Assembly: GCF_004010195.1 (NCBI RefSeq)
Contig: NC_057718.1
Span: 49,112,021 to 49,176,020, forward strand
From: Chiloscyllium plagiosum
Taxonomy: Eukaryota
DNA length: 64,000 nucleotides
Direction: 5' to 3'
This document shows positions 51,150 to 61,020 of this stretch, in pieces. Each line of letters starts with the position of its first letter. The first letter of the stretch is position 1. Under the pieces are notes generated by a model. The model saw nothing but the letters and a program-made list of their open reading frames with translations. It was not told the DNA's origin and did no database searches. The position numbers and the translations under genes are program-made.

Positions 51150-52850
51150 TTAGTCAGAAGCAGGGTGTCAGTTGGGCAGTCAAGAAAACCACAGGGTGCA
51201 TTTCACTCAAGAACAGATTTTCTCTGTGGGAAATCAATGAGAATGACAAGTTCTCTAGGGAGTGCAGCTTGAGCCCAACTGCACATGTAGGCGCAGAAAG
51301 AGAAGGAGAACAATAGTGTGAAGAAATTAAATAGTGAGGGTACATACAGACATTTCTGCAGCTGCAGATAACTTCAGCATTGTGCGTTGCCTCTCCAGGG
51401 CGGGGACAAGGATGTCACTCAAAGACTACAGGGCTTTCTGAATGGGGATGGTGATCAATCAGAAATCGTGGTCCACATTGGAACCAATGACATAGGTAGA
51501 AAGAGTGATGAGGTCAAAAGGAAGAATTTAGGGAGCTGAGTAACAAATTAAAAGCAGGATCTCGAAGATTGTAATCTCTGGATTACTCCCAATGCCTTGT
51601 GATTAGTGAGTATATGAATAGATTGATGGAACAGATTTTTTTAAAAAAGAAATTAGGAGACAAAGAGGGACCATGAGAAAACACTGGTGGGTCACATTAA
51701 GGAAAATTTAAAGGCATTTTATCTGTATATTATGTAAAAGAGAATAATCAGGGAAAAAAAATAGGACCCATTATGGACCAAGGTGACAATCTATGTGTGG
51801 AACCAGAAGATCTAGATGTGGTTTTAAATGAATACTTTGTAGCTATATTCAGTGTAGAGAAGGATGATGTAGTTAAAGAAGTAAGTGAGGGGGATTGTAA
51901 TATATTGGAACAAATTGTCATTGAGAGAGAGGAGTTATTAGAAGTTTAAATAGGCTTGAAAGTGGATAAATCCTCAGGGCCAGATGAGATATACCCCAGG
52001 TTTCTGTGGGAGGCAAGGAAGGATTTTGCAGGGACTCTGACATTAATTTTCAAAGCATCCCTGGCCACAGGAGGGATGCCAGAGGACTGCAGGACAGCTG
52101 ATGTACCATTTTTCAAGAAGGATGATGGGGTTTCTATAGGAATCGAGAAGCCAACGAGTCTAACTCTGTGGTTGGAAGCAATTGGAATAATTATGAGGGA
52201 GAGTTAATCTCCAGTTGGAGATATAAAGGTTAATCAAGAGTTGTCAGCATAGGGGAGATCAATGTCTAACATATATGATTGAATTGTTCGTGGAGGTGAC
52301 GAGGTGTGTGGATGGGGGCTGTACAGTTGATCTATTTCATATTGACTTTATTAAGGCTTTTTACAAGGTCTGTCATAGCAAACTAGTTAAGAAACTAAGA
52401 GCTCATGGGGCCCAGGGCAATTTAACAAAATTGGCTCAGTGACAAGAAGCAGAGGATGATGGTTGAAGGGTATTTTTGTGACTGGAAACCCTTTCCAATA
52501 ACATAACATTTGGTTCTGGTCCCTAGCTGTTTGTTGTGAACATTAATGATCTAGACATGAATATAGGATAGATGATCAGTACATTTGCAAATGACAGGAA
52601 TGTTGGTGGTTTGATAAATAATGACAAAGAAAGCTTTAGGTTATAGGACAATATTGATGGGCTGGTTCAGTTGAGTTGAACAGTGACAATGGAATTTAGT
52701 CCTGCAAAGTGTGAAGGGATGCAATTTGGGAGGAATAAGGGAAAGAAACACATGTTGAATGGCTAGGAAGTACAGGGGATCAGAGGATCTTATGCATGTC
52801 ATTAGATCCTGAAAAGAAGAAAGAAGGTTGTGTTAAGAAAGCGCAATGCA
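51150..52850 (+). mobile_element. Old CR1 LINE, internally deleted (esterase ORF1 + RT)
   Basis: VVHIGTNDIG, KVDKSSGPDEIYPRFL, DFIKAF, FAND. Confidence 0.82.
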
Positions 52851-54590
52851 ATTACTGGTACTGAGTCCAGAAGTGCCTCTCACATCAGAAAATTATCACA
52901 TGCCGCACAAAGAAACTCCATAGTGTAAGAGGGATATCTTGAGGTAGTAGCCCCAACAGACATAAATGTTGTACGAGGAACAATAATTTTAACAGAGTAG
53001 ACAGTGAAATAAAGACTACAAATCAATCCCAATCGCAAAGATTGAGTCACTGCCAGTAAACTTGAAGATAAACTAATAAGAATTGAAACAATGTTTGATA
53101 ATTGGAAAAAGTTTAGTTTATTCAGAGATAGCACATTAGGGTCAATCAGCCACATCACATAATGGATTTATATTGAAAAAACATGGGACTTATAAGGCTA
53201 AAGTAAAACTAGTTGCCTAGTTTTAGAGTATGACTAAATGTCACAGGTGCTAGACAGGAATCTTGTTGCTTGAAAAGTAAACACATAATTCTTCTTAACT
53301 ATTTTGGCCACGTGCTCGTGGGAGTGTAGGCTATTCAACACTAAAGCAGCATTATTGCAGGATAATACTTTACCAAGAGCAGTGTTTCTGAAATCATCCA
53401 AACAGCAACATATGCAGAAGGAAAGCTAATTTTACTTGTCAAAAATGTCTATGACCCATACGATATTTCCAGCATATGCTATTTTCCAATCAGGTTTTTG
53501 TTTTCTGAAAATAGGTTGTGTTCAAGAGCAGACCTACAATATATTTTGATGTAAAGGAAAGGATTGATCAAAGGAACTGTTTGGGCACGCTGATGACAAT
53601 TTATTCAAAGGAGACCTCCAAAGCTCACCAGAGGAAATGGGAGCAGGTGACCAGGGAGGCCAAATCCTGAACTCTGGCCTTGAGAATCTGGCAGCAATGT
53701 CACATTTGTAATGGCATTACAATGTATGGTCAAAATACATCTTCAAATTACATCTCCTGCCCTCCAGACCGTGAACATCTCCTATTGCTTCATGTACAAC
53801 ATCCTTGTCATTCAATCAAAGCAATCCTGGGGATTTAGGACTCAGTTCTATCGTTCAGACATTTCTCCCCAGTATACATTCCAATAACTCACATGCAAAA
53901 TTGGCTGATTCCACATACACCCAACTATTCAGTAATGGCAGGCACATCACCCAAATACAATGTGATATTCATTGATTTCTTCCGCTTCTCTTGCTTATCA
54001 AAATAGTCCATTACAGTAGAGTATAACGAGTGGAGGTCAGGGATGCCTGCACCTCCTGAACGACAGGAAGAGATGGTTCTCCACACAGCAAGACAATGGA
54101 GACAGCAGATTAGGTAACGTTTGGGATCCTGGCCTGTCCACTTCTTTTTGGCTGACCGGCCGCATCCTTTTTTAAAATTTTTTCTTCTTTAAAATTATTG
54201 TTATTTCATAATTTCACCTTTTGTGTCAAATTCATCCTTTCTTCTTCCTGCAGCTGAAGTGTGGCAGTTACAGTTGGACAGTCCCAAGTCCTTGGCAATT
54301 TCGATGGCCCCTGGTCCTCAGCGCTTCCCGTAGGTTCTGGTTCTTGGCAGTTTCAACGTGTCCGCAGTGCACAGTGCTTTTGGCAGGCCCCCGGTCCTTA
54401 GTGGTTTTGACAGGGCCCAGTCCTAGGCAGTTTCGACAGACCCATGGTTCTTGAGAGTTTCGAGAGGCCCGCCCCATTCTTGACAGTTGGCAAGGCCTCT
54501 GGTCCTCGGAAGTGACTGGTTTGTGAAACCAAGAGGCTGTGGAATGAACAAAAAATGATATTTGGCTTAACTTTGCCTTTTTTAAATATG

Positions 54591-54723
54591 ATTTGGAGAT
54601 GCCGGTGTTGGACTGGGGTGTACAAAGTTAAAAATCACACAACACCAGGTTATAGTCCAACAGGTTGAATTGGAAGCACACTAGCTTTCGGAGCAACACT
54701 CCTTCATCAGGTGATAGTCAGAC
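54591..54723 (-). mobile_element. PLE tail insertion (family D) with intact hammerhead core and 12-bp TSD
   Basis: tttttaaatatg at 54579-54590 and 54724-54735. Confidence 0.85.
54679..54713 (-). ncRNA. Minimal type-I hammerhead ribozyme motif
   Basis: CAC-CUGAUGA-A-GGAGU(GUU)GCUCC-GAAA-G-CUA-GUG: stem I CAC/GUG, stem II, palindromic AGCU in place of stem III. Confidence 0.75.
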
Positions 54724-54870
54724 TTTTTAAATATGTAAGTTATGTAATTATATGGCACTGTTTTTGTGGCAGCTTATACACATTTTACTCAATTTTCACA
54801 ATTACAAGTAATAATAACTTTCTATTCAATTTTCACAATTACAAGTAATAATAACTTTCTATCCATCTAC

Positions 54871-54871
<1 letters not shown>

Positions 54872-54934
<63 letters not shown>
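54872..54934. repeat. (CTAT)n microsatellite
   Basis: About 15 perfect tetranucleotide units; preceded by a 35-bp direct duplication (54790-54824 / 54827-54861). Confidence 0.95.
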
Positions 54935-56569
54935 ACCATGGGGCTTGCTGTGGCAGAGCCATTGGCATCTGACATTTTCAAGAACATTGATGACAGTGGT
55001 ACCCTTCTTCATGCACTTTCTCATTCCCTTGCTCACATTCATCCTGCTATATATATGTTGAGTAAAATAATATGACCACAAACCTTTGTTTTTCCACCCC
55101 ACCTTCCTTTCCTCATACCAACCTTCCTCTTTCTGTTCTTTTTCTGCTCTCAGATGCACAGGAACTACTGATTCCCAGTCACACAATACGCAGGAGGAAG
55201 TGAGATGGCTATTGTAAAGCTTTGATGAAGAGGCCTTGTGAATTGATCAAACATTCATAACCACCATCTCAGATGCATACATAACATGTATTCAGAGAAT
55301 AGTATGAGCAGGGATTTGTGCATGGTTAGTCATTGGGCGTGAATGAGCTGGACTCTGGTTAGGGAGTATTCTGTGTGCTAGTTGACTGGATGGCGATGGT
55401 TCAGACAAATTCTGGTGTAGTGGACCCAAATGAGATCTTCAATGAGACAATATAAAAGAGAATACTGGTGAGGATGCCCATGATGATTGACCTCCCTGTC
55501 ACGTTGTTGATCCAGAGGCATTGCAACAGTGACACCCCATGACTATGAACATACAAATTTGGAGCAGAAGGAGGTCATTTGACAACTTGAGATTGTCTGC
55601 CATTTGAGAAGTTTATGGCAGATCTGAATGTGGCCTCTTCTGTCCATATCTATACTCTTTGACTCCCTTTTCAATCAAGAATCTACTAAACTCAGCCTTA
55701 AAAATATTCAATGACAGTGTCTCTCTTGTTCACTGGAAAATAGAATTCCACAAATTAATAACTCTCTGAAAGAGAGAAAACAAATTCTCATTTTTGCCTT
55801 AAGTGAGAGATCCCTTCGTTTTAAACTATCTTCTCTAGTTCTAACCTCTTTTATAAGGTCTAACATAAGGACAGCATTCACCCTATCCAATCCCTTCTGG
55901 ATATTCCATTGCAATAAAGTCACCTTTCAATCTTCTAAACTCCAATGAATTCAGGTGCAATCTGTTCACCGCTTCCCCTCTTCATCCTGAAAATCAGCCA
56001 AGTCAATCTTTCCTGCACTGCTTCTAATGCAGTTATAGCCTTTGTTAAGGAGTCCTAAACTGTACAAGCCTCTCTGGATGTGGTCTCAATAATGCCCCAT
56101 GTCACTGCAGCAAAGCTACCTAACTTTTATATTCCTTGCAATAATAACAGCATTTCATTTGACTTCTTAATAGCTTCCTCTATGCCTACATACTGAATTT
56201 TTGTGATCCATGAAGCAGCGCGCTCAGATCTTTCTGCATGCAATCTATTATTTCTATTTAAATAATATATTGCTTTTCAATTCTTCCTGCCAATGTGAGT
56301 AAGTTCAGATTTTTTGACATTCTCCATCTGCCAAATTTTTTGCCCACTCCTGTAGCGTACCTATAGTCCTCTGCAGACTCCTTAGGTTTTCTTCAGAACT
56401 TAATTTCCTACATGTTGTCAGCAAGTTTAGCAACATTCAGTTCTTTCATCCAAGTCATTGATTTGGATTGTAAATTTTTGAAGCCCAACATCCCCTGCTA
56501 ATAATTGCGAACCCAAAAATGACACATTTATCCTTGCTTGCCGTTTCCTGTTTGCTGACCATCAATGCA

Positions 56570-58495
56570 AAAAAAATAAGGCTGAAGCATTTGCATCCAT
56601 CTTCAGTCAGAAACATTGAGGGGATGATCTATCTCCGTCTCAACCTGAGGTCTTCAACATTACTGATACCTGCCTTCACAGCCATTTCGATTTACTCCAC
56701 GCGATATCAAGAAACATTTGTAGACACTGGATTTTGAGATCCCTCCAGGCCCTGACAACATTCTGCCCTTGTGAAGACTTGTACTCCACAGCTGATTCCA
56801 GCTTCAGGTTACTGTCTATGTGGAGTTTGCACATTCTCCCTGTGTCTGCATGGATTTCCTCCGGGTGCTCTGGTTTCCTCCCACAATCCAAAGATGTGCA
56901 GGTCAGGTGAATTGGCCATGCTAAATTGTCCATAGTGTTCAGGGATGTATAGGTTAGGTGCATTAGTCAGAGGTAAATGTAGAGTAATAGGGTAGGGGAA
57001 TGAGTCTGGGTGGGTTACTCTTCAGAAGGTCGGTGTGGACCTGTTGGGCCGAATGGCCTATTTCCATACTGTAAGGATTCTATGATTCTACATAAAGAAC
57101 TAGTCACAACTTTGGCCAAGATGTTCCAGTACAGCTGCAACAATGGCAGTTATCCAACACTGAGGAAAATTGCACAGATACGTCTTGTACACACAAAAAA
57201 AAGACAAAGTCAACCTGACTAATTACACCCTATCAGTCTCATCTCAATGTTCAAATGATGGAAGGGGTCATTGACAGTGTTACCAAGTGACACTTCCAAA
57301 GCAATAATGTGCTCACTAATGCTCAGTTTGATTCTGCTAGGGCTACTCAGCTCCCGACCTCATTATTGCCTTGACACATGGATAACAGAGTTACATTCCA
57401 GGAGTGAGGTCACAGTGACTGGCCTTGATGTTATGACAGTATTCAAATGAGCTTGGCATCAAAAAACTGGAGCTGGAGTCAATAGGAATCAGGGAGAAAC
57501 ATTCTCCACTGATTAGTGTCATACCTAACTCAAAGGAAGGTGGCTGTGGTTGTTCGAGGTCAATCATCTCAGCAGGCATTTCTTAGGGTAGTGTTGTGGG
57601 CCCAACCATCATAAGCTGAGAAGTGGAGATGTTCGCTGATTATTGCACAATGTTCAACACCATTTGCAGACACTCAAAAAGCAGTTCATGTTCAAATGCA
57701 ACAGAAGAACCTATTCAGGCTTGGGTTCATATGTGGCAAGTGACATTTACACCACAAAGTACTATACAGTAATTATCTCCAACAAAAGGATAGCTTACCA
57801 TTACTCCTTATAAACATTAATGTTAAAATTAATTCCATCACTGTATCCCACACTATCGATGTCCTTGGGGTGGTCATTAACTAGAAACTGAACTGGTCTT
57901 GCCATCTTAATATTGTGGCTATAAGAGCAGATTGAGTGCTAGAAATTCTGCGGTGAATAGCTCACCATCAATCTCCCCTGTGTCTGTCCATTATTTACAA
58001 AGCACAGATCAAGAATCTGATTGAATGCACTCCTTAGCCTGGATTGGTGCAGCTCCAACAATATTCAAGCAGCCTAATACTATCCAGGATAAAGCATGTT
58101 ATCAATCTATCAATCACCTTTGACATTTTCTCCATCACATAATGGCAGTCGTAATTATCCTCTAAAAAATACAGTGCAGTAACTCACCAAGGTTCCTTCA
58201 ATAGTACCTGTCAAATCCATGACCTCTACTAATTTGATGGACAAGGAAACACCACCACCTCCAACTTCCCTCCAAGTCACACACCATCCTGACTTTGACT
58301 ATGTTTCTGTTCTTTCACTGTTGCTCGGTCAAAATCCTGGAATTTCCTTCCTAACATAAGTGTTCATATTCGTACACCCTGTGACTGCAGCACTTCAAAA
58401 AGGCAGCTCACCACCTTCTTCTCCAGGAAGAAAATGAGTGGACAATAATTGCTGCCCAGCTTTCAACATCTACATTCCATTAACACATTTTTAAA
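56570..58495 (+). mobile_element. Older CR1/L2-group LINE (RT + 3' end), interrupted by HE1
   Basis: NYTLSVS, agggtagtgttgtgggccca (GSVVGP), atgttcgctgat (MFAD); same family as 31550-32155. Confidence 0.75.
56796..57090 (+). mobile_element. HE1 SINE, 5'-truncated
   Basis: V-domain tggagtttgcacattctccc and tail. Confidence 0.88.
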
Positions 58496-58679
58496 AAAAC
58501 TCTATCCATGATAATATGTTCCCCCAGAATCTGTAATACCAGTAGTGATCTTTTATGTGACACCTTATCAAATGATTTTTTTGGAAATTCAGGTTCACTA
58601 CCTTTACAGGTTCGCATCTTTAGAAACATTGCCTATTCCTTCCTCAAATAACTCATTAAAACAACATTTCCCTTGTTGA

Positions 58680-58981
58680 TTTAGATTACTTACAGTGTGG
58701 AAACAGGCCCTTCGGCCCAACAAGTTCACACCAGCCGCCGAAGCGCAACCCACCCAGACCTATTCCCCTACACCTAACACTACGGGCAATTTAGTATGGC
58801 CAATTCACCTCACCTGCACATCTTTGGATTGTGGGAGGAAACTGGAACACCCGCAGGAAACCCACACAGACACGGGGAGAATGTGCACACTCCACACAGT
58901 CAGTCGCCAGAGGCGGGAATTGAACCCAGGTCTCTGGCACTGTAAGGCAGCATGGCTAACCACTGTGCCACCATGCCACCC
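58680..58981 (-). mobile_element. HE1 SINE, full length
   Basis: Same subfamily as 40636-40955. Confidence 0.92.
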
Positions 58982-58984
58982 ATA

Positions 58985-59056
58985 TGGCAGAAGATGGTTT
59001 CTATCCATTGACCTCTGGGTTATGGGCCCAGCACGCTCCCACAGCACCACACTGCT
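58985..59056 (-). pseudogene. tRNA-iMet(CAT) pseudogene
   Basis: Minus strand AGCAGtGTGGtGCtGtGGgAGCGTGCTGGGCCCATAACCCAGAGGTCaATGGATaGAAACCATCtTCTGCcA aligns without gaps over 72 nt to vertebrate initiator tRNA-Met (recalled sequence) with ~9 substitutions; B box damaged. Confidence 0.9.
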
Positions 59057-59977
59057 CCCAATACATAGTGGAGCCTTTTGGAGAGCCCCATTATCTCAGA
59101 CTTTGCCTGATTGCATTAAGATTTTCTCAGTGTCCTGTCACAATCTCTTCAATAGTGGATTCTATCAGTTTCCCATGACAAATGTTAGTGTAACTCACCT
59201 GTAGTTACCAACTTTCTGTCTCCCTCCTTTCTTGAAAAGAAAAAGTTACTTTCCAATCTAACGGACCTTTCCAGAATCTGGGGAATCCATTGTCGTCTTT
59301 ATGTGGACAGGTCACCAAATATTCAACACTCCACTCACATTCTCCACCACTTCAGACACTCACTACTGGAGGAAATATAGGTTTTTACATTGTTTTTTGG
59401 CAAGCAAAAAGTTAATGCTGGTGCATGAAGAGGTGTTTGCATTGATTGGGTTAGGTGTAAATAGAGGATATCATGTGATGATTAAGGGTAACACGTTTTA
59501 TGTAACTAGGCATTTATAGAGACAAAGGGTAAAAAGTTAGAACAATTCAAAATAATTACATGAAAAGTAGAACAATTTAAGATGATTGAGTCAGTATGTG
59601 GAATATACAATTTAGGAGACAGGAAAAGGACAATTTGAAATTACTTGGCAGTTTGATTTTTGATTAGATTGCTGAACTCTGATTGCAATGTTGCACTAAA
59701 AGTGGTACTGAAGAACAATCCAGATACACTTGCTGCATGCCTTAGACTTAATTATCTGTATTTCAGGGTGTAGCTCTTGATTGTATGTCAATGATGCATT
59801 GATGGAAATGTGTATTAATCATATCGATCATGCTATGAATGGTGTGAATATATTATTTTACCCAAACAGGGTTAGAGAGATACTGCATGCCAAAACTAGA
59901 AAGAGATAATGGGGCTCTCCAAAAGGCTCCAGTATATAGTTATACAGGTTAACAGAAGAAAGAAGAAAGAAGAGTTG

Positions 59978-60052
59978 ACTAGGAGGCCCAGGTTCAAGTT
60001 CCACTGGCTCTAGAGGAGTGTGTGAGAACATCTCTGAACAAGTTAGTTGGAA
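59978..60052 (+). mobile_element. Short tRNA-derived SINE-like fragment
   Basis: ggaggcccaggttcaagttccac...aacatctctgaacaagttag, similar to 7137-7302. Confidence 0.5.
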
Positions 60053-60282
60053 AGTGGTCAGTCTAGACTAGAACTAGCACCAACCTGTTTCCAGACTTCT
60101 GGCGAGAGCTAAGCCCTTGTGTGACTTAAAAAAAACCTATCCTTTGATTTTGCTTTAATTACATAATCTGCTTAATTTGTTGAAATGAAACTTACCAACT
60201 GCCAACCTTTTGTCTTTTCAGGAGGCTGAATAAATGTTCAAGTAATTTTTAGAATGTTAAACTTCAACATTCCTTGATACAT

Positions 60283-61020
60283 TAGAGTCATAGAGATGTC
60301 CAGCATGGAAATAGACCCTTCGGTTCAACACATCCAAGCTGGCTAGATATCCTTAATAAATCTAGTCCCATTTGCCAACATTTGGCCCATATCCCTCTAA
60401 ACTCTTCATATTAACATACCCATCCAGATGCCTTTTAAATGCAGTAATTGTACCAGTCTCCGCTTCCTCCTTCAGCTCATTTCATATACACACCACCCTC
60501 TGTGTGAAAAAGTTGCCCCTTGGATCCCTTTTAAATCTTTCCCCTCTCACCTTAAACCTATGTCTTCTAGTTTTGGACTCCCCACCCCAGGAAAAAGACC
60601 TTATCTATTTACCCTGTCCATTCCCCTTATGGCTTTATAAACCTCTATTTGTTCACCTCTCAGCTTCCAATATTCCAAGGAATATAGCGCAGCCTATTCA
60701 GCCTCTCCCTATAGCTAAATCCTCCAACCCTGGCAACATCCTTGTAAATCTTTTTTGAACCCTTCCAAGTTTCACAACAGCCTGCCTATAGCAGGGAGAC
60801 TAGAATTGCACACAGTATTCCAAAAGTGGCCAAACCAATGTCGTATATAGCCACAACATGATCTCTCAATTCCTTTAAAAAATGCACTGACCAATAAAAG
60901 AAAGCATATCAAATGCCTTCTTCACTATCCTATCTATCTGCGACTCCACTTTCAAGGAACTATGAACCTGCACTCCAAGGTGTCTGTTCAGCAACACTCA
61001 CCAGGATCTTACCATTAAAT
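60283..61020 (-). mobile_element. HER1/CR1 3' fragment
   Basis: Reverse complement of the 8260-8985 type sequence; gagtcatagag tail. Confidence 0.9.

Larger units (their letters stand above)
54230..54830 (+). repeat. SINE-like repeat with degenerate ~26-bp internal tandem units, interrupted by a PLE insertion
   Basis: Recurring ggcagtttcga...ccctggtcct units at 54280-54510; tail weakly similar to 40155-40200. Confidence 0.4.
55545..59285 (-). mobile_element. Old CR1 RT/3' fragment split by nested LINE, HE1s and tRNA pseudogene (pieces 55545-56570, 58500-58679, 59100-59285)
   Basis: CR1 antisense motifs continue across the nested inserts (caccttatcaaatg; gttga|ctttgcctgattgc). Confidence 0.7.
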
